A DNA stretch of 64,000 nt from a virus (taxonomy: Duplodnaviria > Caudoviricetes), in the IMG/VR virus record IMGVR_UViG_3300008954_000048, positions 1,662 to 65,661 of that record; one strand, given 5' to 3'. Positions within the stretch are counted from its first letter, which is position 1. The number at the start of each line of letters is the position of its first letter. Positions 1-8,947 of this stretch are shown piece by piece. Below the pieces are notes generated by a model. That model did no database searches, had not been told where the DNA came from, and saw nothing but the letters and a program-made list of their open reading frames with translations. The translations under genes were made by a program, and so were the position numbers.

Positions 1-625
1 CCATCTTATATCGCTGTAGACCAGCCTGATACCCTGCTAGAATTTGTTTTCGGGATTTGCCCCTCATATTGGATAAATATGTACCAAAAACCTTATCAAA
101 CATAGGAGTTGAGATTCCTAAATTATAGGGGAGCAATCCCTTTTTATCCCCTCCTGATATTATATAGTGATGATGGATATCGTGTAGGCGAACAATGTAT
201 CTATAGTACCTTTTTGTTATTCTATTCTTGGACAACCAGTGGCCCTTAATATGCATAGTGTCATGCAACCACCCCATCACGATATATGCATACATGACCA
301 TCATGATTATTGATACCGTAGTTTGTAGTGTAGTAAGGTCTAAGATGAATGACTCTAAAAATATTGTAAATCCTATTAAGATAACCGCCGGTACAATCCA
401 TTCAGGCCCATATTTTAACAGCGGCTCTTTTGTTGCATGATGTTTATAGGTTTTAGAGGGCCTCATATTCGACCCGGGTGGATATGTATTTCGATGCAAG
501 TGGTGGTTCATATGTTGTGCAGATAACCACCGGATCTTGTCAGTATGTTGAAGGACGTGTAACCAATAACCATAAAACTCAGTAAGAATTATGGAACCTA
601 CGGCAATTAATAGCCATGCTAACAC
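1..625 (-). CDS. Fatty-acid hydroxylase/sterol desaturase superfamily membrane di-iron protein (3' end runs off window)
   Basis: Manual translation from GTG 625 (GGAGGA RBS upstream): His boxes YWLHVLQH, HMNHH, LHDTMH, HDIHHH and NLGISTPMFDKVFGT; absent from ORF track because it has no stop in the window. Confidence 0.8.
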   Translation of the reverse strand, partial: MLAWLLIAVGSIILTEFYGYWLHVLQHTDKIRWLSAQHMNHHLHRNTYPPGSNMRPSKTYKHHATKEPLLKYGPEWIVPAVILIGFTIFLESFILDLTTLQTTVSIIMMVMYAYIVMGWLHDTMHIKGHWLSKNRITKRYYRYIVRLHDIHHHYIISGGDKKGLLPYNLGISTPMFDKVFGTYLSNMRGKSRKQILAGYQAGLQRYKM

Positions 626-645
626 GTATTCCTCCTAAAAATCCC

Positions 646-912
646 CTATACGCATGTGGGCCCCGAAAGGGCTTCCTTCTGCCAATTTGGATTAACAAAC
701 TCTAAATAATAAGTCCTACCAGATGGAGTAAGCTCTACAACTCTTCTTACGTTCCACCCAACATGGCGAAACTTTTGAATTGACTCGTGCATTAGTGCTT
801 CACCGAGACCAAGGGGAAATATTACCCGCTTTCCGTCCTTTATCTCTTTAATTGTCCATGAGCCTTCAAGGATATGATTTAAGGCCTCAATCAACTGGCC
901 TATATCAGTCAT
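646..912 (-). CDS. Hypothetical protein
   Basis: ORF packed into the minus-strand operon, overlapping its neighbour. Confidence 0.6.
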   Translation of the reverse strand: MTDIGQLIEALNHILEGSWTIKEIKDGKRVIFPLGLGEALMHESIQKFRHVGWNVRRVVELTPSGRTYYLEFVNPNWQKEALSGPTCV

Positions 913-1174
913 CTTTTTCTTCAGCCTCTTCCGCTTCCTTCTGCGATTTCTTGCTCCATTTATCTTTCGGCATTAGCTTTTCAACCCGAAATGATAAAAC
1001 CTTCATGCCATTGACGGTGGGTTGACCTAAGTCATCAGTGCCTATTTTCTTTACGACGGTTCGTTTATTCTTAAATCGCCCAGTAAGGATAACATCACCC
1101 TTCTCAATATCAAGGGTTATGACTTCTCTTATAAGCATACGTAATAATGCTTCTTTTTCCTTACTACTACCCAT
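905..1174 (-). CDS. Phage hypothetical protein with N-terminal LRxxIRE tag
   Basis: EALLRMLIREVI followed by a beta-rich domain (KGDVILTGRFKNK). Confidence 0.65.
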   Translation of the reverse strand: MGSSKEKEALLRMLIREVITLDIEKGDVILTGRFKNKRTVVKKIGTDDLGQPTVNGMKVLSFRVEKLMPKDKWSKKSQKEAEEAEEKDD

Positions 1175-1181
1175 GCCTAAC

Positions 1182-1526
1182 TCAAGCGCCTACCAGCGTA
1201 TCTCTGATAATTTCCATTTCTTCAGATATATCTGGTAAAAGTGCTTTTAAGTGACCCACATATTTTTTGACTTCGTTGATATTAACATCATCTCCTGATG
1301 TTGCGGCAGCTAGCTTATCGACAGCCTCCATTGCACAAACGAGAGGATCCTCCTCTAATGTTGCGCATAGACCATTTAGCTCTTCTCGAATAATCTTACG
1401 TACCCTTGACTCCACCGTTACATCAGATTCCTGCATCTCTTCCCCAGCTAATGAATCAATTATAGAGCTAGGTACGCGCTTGTTCTGTTTTTGTAGTGTG
1501 CTAAATATTTGTTTTGTTCGTCTCAT
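1182..1526 (-). CDS. Hypothetical protein with internal VESRVRKIIREEL tag
   Basis: ORF; start moved to ATG 1526 abutting the upstream stop. Confidence 0.6.
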   Translation of the reverse strand: MRRTKQIFSTLQKQNKRVPSSIIDSLAGEEMQESDVTVESRVRKIIREELNGLCATLEEDPLVCAMEAVDKLAAATSGDDVNINEVKKYVGHLKALLPDISEEMEIIRDTLVGA

Positions 1527-1527
1527 A

Positions 1528-1974
1528 TTAATACCCCGATTCTGTTTCAAGCTCCCAAGGACCATATGTCCCTGAGTCTACCATCCACCGCCTGACTTCC
1601 TCTGGAGTGTATTTATAAATGTTGGATCCGACCTGACCCATACGGTAATAGACTTCCACCGGAAGCTGTATATTGTTTCCGTTAGAGTTATCAATAACGA
1701 TGCCTCCAACCTCTACCCAGGCATGGCCATATTTTAGACCATCGATTGGGCCCTGGCCAGTTACTTCAGCATGAACAAGGACCATCTCAGCTGACCCTCG
1801 TGAGAATAATGAATTATCGACAACATAATTTGCTGCCACTTCATAACAGTTTCCGCCTGCATGATCCTGTTGTGCAGACATGGTTGCATCTAAAGATACC
1901 TCTTTAAGGCTTGTCTTTACAAACTCTCGAACTGTGCTATATCGTTCTTTATTATCCATGATTATCCTACTCAT
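1528..1974 (-). CDS. Putative transglutaminase/papain-like fold protein
   Basis: GNCYE...GHAWVE Cys-His-acid pattern. Confidence 0.5.
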   Translation of the reverse strand: MSRIIMDNKERYSTVREFVKTSLKEVSLDATMSAQQDHAGGNCYEVAANYVVDNSLFSRGSAEMVLVHAEVTGQGPIDGLKYGHAWVEVGGIVIDNSNGNNIQLPVEVYYRMGQVGSNIYKYTPEEVRRWMVDSGTYGPWELETESGY

Positions 1975-2031
1975 TCATAAGTATTGTCTTGTATGGATAA
2001 TGTATAGAGCTAGATCGTATTATAGTACCGC

Positions 2032-3162
2032 CTAATCCCCATTTAGAATATGGGTTGATCCCTCTGAGGTTCCAGAATATGATTGTTTCATAAATTGTGC
2101 TTTTGCCTGTAGTTCCCTAATGGTCTTTGCACCACTATAAGATAGCCCGGATCGAATGCCTACTTCTAACTCATGCAAAATAGCACCCACAGGTCCCTTG
2201 AGCGGAACGGTGGTGGAAACACCTTCAATTGAAGAAGGGTATCCTCTCCAGTCAACCTGAGCCTCCTTGGATGCCATGCCACGATACTTCTTAACCCCCT
2301 TAGGCTCAGAATCATATGTATAGGATACTCCAGCTGGAGCACATACGGCTGCTGCAGCTGTAGAGGTTACACAATATTCATATCCATTATCAGCATACTC
2401 TACATCACCTGGCGTCTCATCTGTACCAGCCAATAATGATCCGATCATAATAAAATCTGCACCGGCTGCATATGCTTTAACGATATCGCCACTGGTACGA
2501 ATTCCTCCATCTGCAATTAGCATAACATCACGATCTGATTGTGCACATTCTAATACCGATTGAAGAGTTGGCATACCGTGGCCAGTTTGAAGCCTGGTTG
2601 AGCAAATAGATCCACCCCCGATACCTACGCGAATGCTATCTGCACCCCAGTCGGCCAGATCGTTGAACCCCTCAAGGGTTGCAACGTTACCAGCCATTAT
2701 ATGTACGGTATTTCCGAAAATATCCCTTAACCGATGTAAGGCCTGCTTCATTATAATATGATGGCCATGAGCTACATCTAGACAAAAGATTCGTACGTTA
2801 GTATCATATAATGCTGTAGCCCTATCAATGTAGCCCTCTGTCACGCCTATCGCTGCAGCCATACCATGGCGAGCGTTATTATCTTCTTCATAGAGTAACT
2901 CATATGCCTCACTGGCAATTTTTACCTGTTCCTCGATAGTATTGTATCTATGAATAATCCCTAACCCGCCAGCCTTTGCCATGGCGACCACCATTTTCGT
3001 TTCCGTAACTGTATCCATAGGGCTAGAAATAACTGGCAAAGTAAATTTATGCCTAACATTTTTGACTTCTGTCAACAGATCAATGTCTCTTCTTGACCTA
3101 ATAGGTGAGTATTGGGGCACTAATAACACATCATCGAAACAAACTCCTGTCTTCATTCTCAT
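2032..3162 (-). CDS. guaB: IMP dehydrogenase / GMP reductase family (no CBS domain)
   Basis: [34 protein letters not shown] catalytic Cys loop, ADGGI, YRGMAS. Confidence 0.9.
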   Translation of the reverse strand: MRMKTGVCFDDVLLVPQYSPIRSRRDIDLLTEVKNVRHKFTLPVISSPMDTVTETKMVVAMAKAGGLGIIHRYNTIEEQVKIASEAYELLYEEDNNARHGMAAAIGVTEGYIDRATALYDTNVRIFCLDVAHGHHIIMKQALHRLRDIFGNTVHIMAGNVATLEGFNDLADWGADSIRVGIGGGSICSTRLQTGHGMPTLQSVLECAQSDRDVMLIADGGIRTSGDIVKAYAAGADFIMIGSLLAGTDETPGDVEYADNGYEYCVTSTAAAAVCAPAGVSYTYDSEPKGVKKYRGMASKEAQVDWRGYPSSIEGVSTTVPLKGPVGAILHELEVGIRSGLSYSGAKTIRELQAKAQFMKQSYSGTSEGSTHILNGD

Positions 3163-3196
3163 CTTCTATAAACTCCGCTTTTGCGTAAAAATAAAA

Positions 3197-3274
3197 TGGT
3201 CGGCTGGCCGGGACTCGAACCCGGAACCCTCTGTTTATGAGACAGACGCTCTAACCTGATTGAGCTACCAGCCG
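3197..3274 (-). tRNA. tRNA-CAT (elongator Met or Ile2), CCA encoded
   Basis: Cloverleaf CGGCTGG...TCTGT CT CAT AA ACAGA...GGTTCGAGT...CCAGCCG ACCA; 1-72 paired, so not an initiator. Confidence 0.93.
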
Positions 3275-3472
3275 GTACATTAAACATCTTCGTAGCAATC
3301 CAATGCATGAAAATATTTGTAACTTTTTCCTTTTTTGACTACCATGTCTGGTTCTTTCATGAAGTCCTCAAGAATTAACTTCACAGTCTCTCTCTCAATT
3401 CCTGTCTCTTTAGAGATTCGATCAATCGTCTTCCACTCCAGAAATCCCACTGTGCTATTAACGGCATGCCAC

Positions 3473-3754
3473 TCATCCTCGTTCCATCTCTTCTTCTTTT
3501 CTTTTCTCACCTGGGGTAATCCTTTCAAAGATCTCAATAGGCAGTTTCGTAACGATAGTGCCATCAATAACCACATCAATGCAAGGCTTAAGTTCTGTCA
3601 TCGCAGCCTTACCGATAGCATTATAATGTGTAATGGTCCCCTCATATATACCACGGATAACAAGGGCGGGGCTCTTCCATAAATCCCGAATTACCCCATC
3701 ATCTCTTAGATAATCAGGAAAATCGATTCTTCTTACTAAATCACCTGGCTTCAT
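3473..3754 (-). CDS. Small SH3/KOW-like hypothetical protein (MKPGDLV family)
   Basis: N-terminal KPGDLV, RBS AGAGG. Confidence 0.55.
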   Translation of the reverse strand: MKPGDLVRRIDFPDYLRDDGVIRDLWKSPALVIRGIYEGTITHYNAIGKAAMTELKPCIDVVIDGTIVTKLPIEIFERITPGEKRKEEEMERG

Positions 3755-3785
3755 GTTGCCCTCTTTCTATTAAACTATACCAATG

Positions 3786-4001
3786 CTAGATACGCTTGTA
3801 TTTTTTACCACGGCGGATAACTTCATTATTACGAGCCATTGACTCTAAGATCGAACGTGCGATACCTGGTTTAACGTCGGCATCATTAGCAATCTGATCA
3901 ATCGTTGCCCACATTTCAAATGACAACGCATTATCGATGGCCATCTGCTCACCATCAGTCCATCCACTCTTCTTACTTCGTTTGGCCATTATTCTCCTCA
4001 T
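3786..4001 (-). CDS. Small winged-helix-like protein
   Basis: ATIDQIANDADVKPGIARSILESM pattern; resembles the C-terminal part of ORF 3280..3579. Confidence 0.45.
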   Translation of the reverse strand: MRRIMAKRSKKSGWTDGEQMAIDNALSFEMWATIDQIANDADVKPGIARSILESMARNNEVIRRGKKYKRI

Positions 4002-4602
4002 TATGGCGAAAGTCTTTAATCAGTTTTTTCTTTAGGACACTGTGTAGTCCTGGATTTACTTCAAATGCATGTGGCATAATTTTATGCCTGATATGATTTC
4101 TCATGTGCTTTGTATCTTGGTTAGATGGATCATTAATGAAAGGAACATCATTCCTGTCAATCCATTCTAGAAGCTCCTGTTTGGTTGTTGCAAGGAATGG
4201 CCTGATAACATCTCCATTCCTATATGGAATTAGCTTAGAATGGCCGCGTAGTGAGGAAAACATCCACCACTCAGCAACATCATCTAAGTGATGACCCATA
4301 ATAATTGGGCCAACTAGCTCTGTGAAAAATTCATATCTAGAATTACGCCAGAACTCTTCTTGAGATTGACGAGGCTCGCGCATTGAGGTTACTCGTCCAC
4401 AAATATACGGAATCTTATTATCGGAACAATAACGCTCAACAAATGTCTCTGCCTCCATGCCATGCTCTGTACCATGATCAAAATATGCGACACGTACTCG
4501 GCGCTTGCCGTTGTTTAGAAAATGAAGTGCAGCCATAGAGTCCGAACCCCCAGAACAGGCGATTGTAATATCGTCTGGAATTTTTCCTAATAAGTGAATC
4601 AT
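3973..4602 (-). CDS. tilS: tRNA(Ile)-lysidine synthetase, catalytic domain only
   Basis: PP-loop ACSGGSDS, FDHG, RNSRY, GHHLDD, IRPFL, DPSN..RNHIR. Confidence 0.88.
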   Translation of the reverse strand: MIHLLGKIPDDITIACSGGSDSMAALHFLNNGKRRVRVAYFDHGTEHGMEAETFVERYCSDNKIPYICGRVTSMREPRQSQEEFWRNSRYEFFTELVGPIIMGHHLDDVAEWWMFSSLRGHSKLIPYRNGDVIRPFLATTKQELLEWIDRNDVPFINDPSNQDTKHMRNHIRHKIMPHAFEVNPGLHSVLKKKLIKDFRHNEENNGQTK

Positions 4603-4627
4603 TAACTGTGTCTTTACCGTTTAAGGA

Positions 4628-4703
4628 TGGTGAGCCGCCCGGGAATCGAACCCGGAACCTGCGGATTAAAAGTCCGATGCTCTACCTGTTGAGCTAACGG
4701 CCC
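4628..4703 (-). tRNA. tRNA-Lys(TTT)
   Basis: GGGCCGT...TCGGA CT TTT AA TCCGC...GGTTCGATT...ACCA. Confidence 0.93.
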
Positions 4704-4801
4704 GTACGTCATCCTATACGTCCTTGAACCGTTTATATTTCATTTGGTGAGTCATTAGCATTATGATATAACTTTACCAACTCGAACTATGTTGTACATA
4801 A

Positions 4802-5284
4802 CTAACTATCGAAACAAACTACAAATCTGATGCAGTCTTCAATCGTACCACCTGGTAACATTAGGTCTTTTACTGTGCCATACCAGTCCCATGCAGTATC
4901 CTCAGTTTCATTTCGCCAACTTACAATAAGCTGTGTAACATTGGTGTCTAGCTTGGGAATAATCTCATATCCATGCACGTCGAACTCTTCATTATAAGAT
5001 CCAATTGAGCGCCTATTCATTTCGTGACATGCCTCCTGAACCTCGGATGGTGTTAACCATGTATGACTATGTAAGTCAACTCCCCAGTCATCTACCATGT
5101 CCCTATAGGCACCGGATGCATCATCTGGTACACCACGATTAGCTGTACCAATATCCGGCCCACCCCGTACAGCAGCAATAACACCGAACCAGTCATAATT
5201 TCTACCAGGGTTGATTGTATCAATTGCCATCCAGTTTCCAGTATGGTCTTTGACTTCCCAAAACCCGTGGATATCACATCCCAT
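4802..5284 (-). CDS. Conserved phage hypothetical protein (MGCDIH family)
   Basis: MGCDIH..E, RNYxxFG, HSHTWLT, C-terminal FDS. Confidence 0.7.
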   Translation of the reverse strand: MGCDIHGFWEVKDHTGNWMAIDTINPGRNYDWFGVIAAVRGGPDIGTANRGVPDDASGAYRDMVDDWGVDLHSHTWLTPSEVQEACHEMNRRSIGSYNEEFDVHGYEIIPKLDTNVTQLIVSWRNETEDTAWDWYGTVKDLMLPGGTIEDCIRFVVCFDS

Positions 5285-5292
5285 TTCTTTTC

Positions 5293-5826
5293 CTATTCAT
5301 CAAAATTTTGTACTTCATATGACTTAAGATATGGAAGCCATTTTGGGTGTATGCGTTTTCTTTCAACTGTATGAAAGATATAAGGTGAAGGTTGCATTGG
5401 GGGCTTTAACGGGTGCATGTGGGCTTCATATGGTAACATGCTTCCCTTTTTTTGATTGCACTTTCTGCAGCTGGTAACCACATTTTCCCAAACTTTAGGG
5501 CCACCCCTTGAGCGAGGTGTTACATGGTCTATTGTAAGCTCGCTATTTGCAAATACGTCACCACAATACTGACATGTATATCGGTCTCGCCAAAATACAT
5601 TTTTCCTATTGCACCTCAAACGAAGCCGGCCCTTACGTACATATCGTTTAAGTGCAATTACACTTGGAACAGGAAATTTGCGGCTGGCCGAATGATAAAA
5701 TGCATCATCATAAACTTCTACAATATTTGCTCTGCCCATATATACCATGCAAAATGCTTCAAATCCAGTAACAATTTGAATGGGCCTATATGAACTATCT
5801 AGCTTTAAAGTTTTCCATTCTTCCAC
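5293..5826 (-). CDS. HNH endonuclease
   Basis: RDRYTCQYCG, TIDHVTP, NVVTSCRKCNQKK. Confidence 0.9.
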   Translation of the reverse strand: MEEWKTLKLDSSYRPIQIVTGFEAFCMVYMGRANIVEVYDDAFYHSASRKFPVPSVIALKRYVRKGRLRLRCNRKNVFWRDRYTCQYCGDVFANSELTIDHVTPRSRGGPKVWENVVTSCRKCNQKKGSMLPYEAHMHPLKPPMQPSPYIFHTVERKRIHPKWLPYLKSYEVQNFDE

Positions 5827-5875
5827 AGCAGCCTCTTACCTTAAGTAGTTAGCCATGAAAGAATGGCCGAGAAAC

Positions 5876-6109
5876 TTATAAACTAACGTTTTTAGAAACA
5901 GCGTTGATAAGATTATCAAGCTCTTCATCAGAACTATCAAGCTTTGACTTAATCTTAACAATCCTGACAGCAGCCTGAATACTCTTTACATCTAGTTTGT
6001 CTTTGTACTCTGCGACTAGTAGCTTCCTATCTTCTGACAAAAGCTTCTGTTCACCTTCAATCCTAAATAGTTTTGTAACGAATTCATCCAATGTTGTTTT
6101 TTCTGACAT
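5876..6109 (-). CDS. DsbA/GapR-like small dsDNA-binding protein
   Basis: IEGEQKLLSEDRK..YKDKLDVKSIQAAVRIVK helical pattern. Confidence 0.55.
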   Translation of the reverse strand: MSEKTTLDEFVTKLFRIEGEQKLLSEDRKLLVAEYKDKLDVKSIQAAVRIVKIKSKLDSSDEELDNLINAVSKNVSL

Positions 6110-6138
6110 TTACTTTCTCCTGTTAGTAAGTTGTTGGT

Positions 6139-6224
6139 TGGTGGCCGAGGTGGGACTCGAACCCACACGAGCTAAGCTCAACGGATTTTGAGTCCGTCGT
6201 GTCTACCAATTCCACCACTCGGCC
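6139..6224 (-). tRNA. tRNA-Leu(CAA), long variable arm
   Basis: GGCCGAG...ACGGA CT CAA AA TCCGT...GGTTCGAGT...ACCA. Confidence 0.93.
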
Positions 6225-6228
6225 TGGG

Positions 6229-6585
6229 TCATATGACCATCTCTTCCCAAATCCCATCTGGGTTTGTATACCTAATTGTTTTAATACCTGCTGCCCTAAT
6301 ATGGGACATACAAAATGAACAAGGTTTTGCCATGGCAAGGTCGCAATCACGCTTCTTAAATCTCATTACCTCAAGGGTATCGCCGGGTTGGGAGAATCTC
6401 AAGGCATCCATTTCAGCATGCATATGAGATGCAACTGTCCCATCAGGGTATGTACGGGTAAACCGTGGATGCGTTTTGCTTGAGTTAATACCAACCCTAA
6501 CAACCCTACCTTTTCGACGAAGGATTGCAGCAAGGTGATAAACCCTACCATTCCTCATTGCTTTTTCACGAGCCGCGTAATACAC
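6229..6585 (-). CDS. Zinc-dependent deaminase (cytidine/deoxycytidylate deaminase fold)
   Basis: HAE (HMHAEMDAL) and PCxxC (KPCSFC) motifs. Confidence 0.8.
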   Translation of the reverse strand: MYYAAREKAMRNGRVYHLAAILRRKGRVVRVGINSSKTHPRFTRTYPDGTVASHMHAEMDALRFSQPGDTLEVMRFKKRDCDLAMAKPCSFCMSHIRAAGIKTIRYTNPDGIWEEMVI

Positions 6586-6641
6586 TTGGCATGATGACCA
6601 CTCCTATCCTTATTTAATAATCCAATTATAGAGATGATTGT

Positions 6642-7199
6642 TTAACCACACATTGCCTTATCTTTCCAGAAAAGGACAGACTCCTTAAGCGCAGACTCAA
6701 ACTCCTCAGGAGTCATTTTTGTCTTTGTCCCGCCAGACAAATCAAAGTGATTTGCGATCAATGCATTAGGAGGAATAGGTGGGGTTTCAATCGTAGGCGA
6801 TGCGTTGATACTGATAATCTCCCAATCGGCAACTGCCTTATAACCAGCCTCTTCTTCAAGCACAGTACGATGATAGAGAATCACTTCACAGCTCTTTGCT
6901 GGTAGCTTGCCACGAGAGTTGGATACAACCCACTTTCTAGGCTCCTCACCGGACTTACGGGCCTCATACTTTCCGTAAATGGATTCGCCCTCCCGGAGTT
7001 GAACAATGCCGCTCATGAAACCCCGCGGGGGAACAGGGACGCAATATACACCACTACGATAGCCAATCTTTGCCATATCTAGATTTTCTCGAATGAGCTG
7101 AATTAGCTCGCCCTCAGTTCCCTCAAAATGGGAAAACCGAGAATCAGGTGTCTGCCGCCTAGCAAATGTTAGTGCAATATCTTTGTTTGGTCTCATCAT
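6642..7199 (-). CDS. DUF3228-like protein
   Basis: FARRQ, GYR.G, YEAR..GEEP, ILY, WEIISIN, NHF...GGT resemble this family. Confidence 0.6.
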   Translation of the reverse strand: MMRPNKDIALTFARRQTPDSRFSHFEGTEGELIQLIRENLDMAKIGYRSGVYCVPVPPRGFMSGIVQLREGESIYGKYEARKSGEEPRKWVVSNSRGKLPAKSCEVILYHRTVLEEEAGYKAVADWEIISINASPTIETPPIPPNALIANHFDLSGGTKTKMTPEEFESALKESVLFWKDKAMCG

Positions 7200-7492
7200 A
7201 TCTCCAATGGCTTAAGGTCTTTAAAGATCTGGCCTGTTGTTACAAAAACCCCACCCCTGCTGTGGAACAATTCGTGAATTTTATGAACTGACTCTCCAAC
7301 TGGAACCCTTTTTGATCCCAGGTACATCCATGTGCCACCATCCAATATAGGGTAACCATCAAAACCTGGGGCCAAAATATCTGGTGCTGAGCGAACTGAG
7401 CGATGGCCAGACCAGCGCTGGCCACAATATACTATCGCAAACTCTTCTTTGGCCTCCAAAAGCATTCCTTCTTTTAGCTCCCGTACAAGCAC
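7196..7492 (-). CDS. Hypothetical protein
   Basis: ORF in operon. Confidence 0.5.
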   Translation of the reverse strand: MLVRELKEGMLLEAKEEFAIVYCGQRWSGHRSVRSAPDILAPGFDGYPILDGGTWMYLGSKRVPVGESVHKIHELFHSRGGVFVTTGQIFKDLKPLEI

Positions 7493-7734
7493 ATCATCTC
7501 CAATTCAATGGTTGTGATGTTAGGTCCCACTTATCGTGTAGCTCATCATCAAAAGTTATTAGATCCTCAGGACATTCAAAGGGATCCGGCCTATTTGGAT
7601 AATCACCAGGCTTGGGGATCCGGTACTCTTCATTCTCGCCTTCATCCCATTCATCAGGATCAGGAAGCTCAAAGGGGTCAATCCTCTGCTGGTCACTCAT
7701 TCCGCTGTTATTTCTCAATCGTGTATTATTCATA

Positions 7735-7941
7735 TTAATAGTCTCCTCGATTTGTGGCCATATACGGCACACCTATAAAAAAATCAAAAACTAGGCCCAT
7801 ACCAAGTAATCCACCAGTAAAAGCATACAGCAGCCCAGTCATCGGTCGACCTAGCATAAACCTATGAACGCCAAATACTCCAAAAAACAAAAGGGCTAAA
7901 TATCCCCATATTATTCTTGCTGTTGTTGATTCATCATTCAT
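7735..7941 (-). CDS. TM2-domain membrane protein
   Basis: FFGVFGVHRFMLG...GLLYAFTGG. Confidence 0.85.
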   Translation of the reverse strand: MNDESTTARIIWGYLALLFFGVFGVHRFMLGRPMTGLLYAFTGGLLGMGLVFDFFIGVPYMATNRGDY

Positions 7942-7985
7942 AATGTTCCCCTATGTATACAGCATTTTCTTTGAGTGTATACGAT

Positions 7986-8702
7986 CTAACTAAGTTCTAC
8001 TGCCAGTTGTTGCTCTTCAACAATCGCCAATGCGTGCATACGAGCCTCGAACATTTCGATTCGTGCCTTTTGCTCTTCAATCGTCTTTCTAGCGCCTTCG
8101 ATACTTTTCTTAATCTCGGATGCACCTTGGACATTAAGCGTAGTAACATCAGTCACTGTGCCATGACGAATAAACTCAACCCTAGGGTAGGAACTATATC
8201 GTCGTTGATCTTCAGGAACTAGATACCCGAAATAGAGATCAGCGGCGACCTTTGCTTCTTCAATGGTCGCAGCATAAAGATAGCCAAAAAATGTGCGATA
8301 ATCAGCCTGAACCTTATAGATCCCCTTTCCACCGGTATTCTTGACCCTGCGAACAGACTCATGAACCCTATCCCACAATCTGCGTACACGCCGCGTCACA
8401 GTCGATTTCTTTCTCCCAAGGTTCCACTTATTTTTACCTTCAAAAAACCGATTAAGGATATACTTTTCGGCATCCTCATCATCATGAATACCGAGATCAA
8501 AAATAGTCTCGTCTGTATATCCCCATGTAGGATGAGATGGAACTAGCTTAAATGTATCAACATATTCATAGTTCTTCTTACACCATCTATCCCCGGTACG
8601 TTCCTTTTCATATGTGATCTTTTGATGTGGATGACTCGGGCCCTGTGGGCGTGCCCTCATTAGATCGTCAATAATCTTATCTCGTGTCTTCTCGTTAAGC
8701 AT
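7986..8702 (-). CDS. Hypothetical protein with C-terminal coiled coil
   Basis: 238-aa ORF with RBS GGAG. Confidence 0.7.
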   Translation of the reverse strand: MLNEKTRDKIIDDLMRARPQGPSHPHQKITYEKERTGDRWCKKNYEYVDTFKLVPSHPTWGYTDETIFDLGIHDDEDAEKYILNRFFEGKNKWNLGRKKSTVTRRVRRLWDRVHESVRRVKNTGGKGIYKVQADYRTFFGYLYAATIEEAKVAADLYFGYLVPEDQRRYSSYPRVEFIRHGTVTDVTTLNVQGASEIKKSIEGARKTIEEQKARIEMFEARMHALAIVEEQQLAVELS

Positions 8703-8710
8703 TTTTTCTC

Positions 8711-8944
8711 CTATGCTTCTGCCCGGCCGCCAGCGACTGGAATTGTATCTTCAAAAAACTTACGCATCGACTGGTGTCTCTCAGCAGCCTCGAAATCTCC
8801 TGTTTCGATAGCTACCTTTTCAGATTCCCTCAATGCAGCGATTGTACGCAAAATCTGTCCAAAACTAATATCTAAGATCAAGCCATTCACAAACTCTGTG
8901 GCCTTTATCATTTCAATATCAAGGGGTGTCAAAAGGTCATCCAT
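8711..8944 (-). CDS. Hypothetical protein with UVR-like helix
   Basis: AIETGDFEAAERH resembles the UvrB/C coiled-coil motif. Confidence 0.45.
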   Translation of the reverse strand: MDDLLTPLDIEMIKATEFVNGLILDISFGQILRTIAALRESEKVAIETGDFEAAERHQSMRKFFEDTIPVAGGRAEA

Positions 8945-8947
8945 AGT

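Noticed and set aside
228-440. Plus-strand 70-aa ORF
   Set aside because: Antisense to the hydroxylase gene, which has clear motifs.
6123-6350. Minus-strand 75-aa ORF
   Set aside because: Reads through tRNA-Leu and the deaminase end; spurious.
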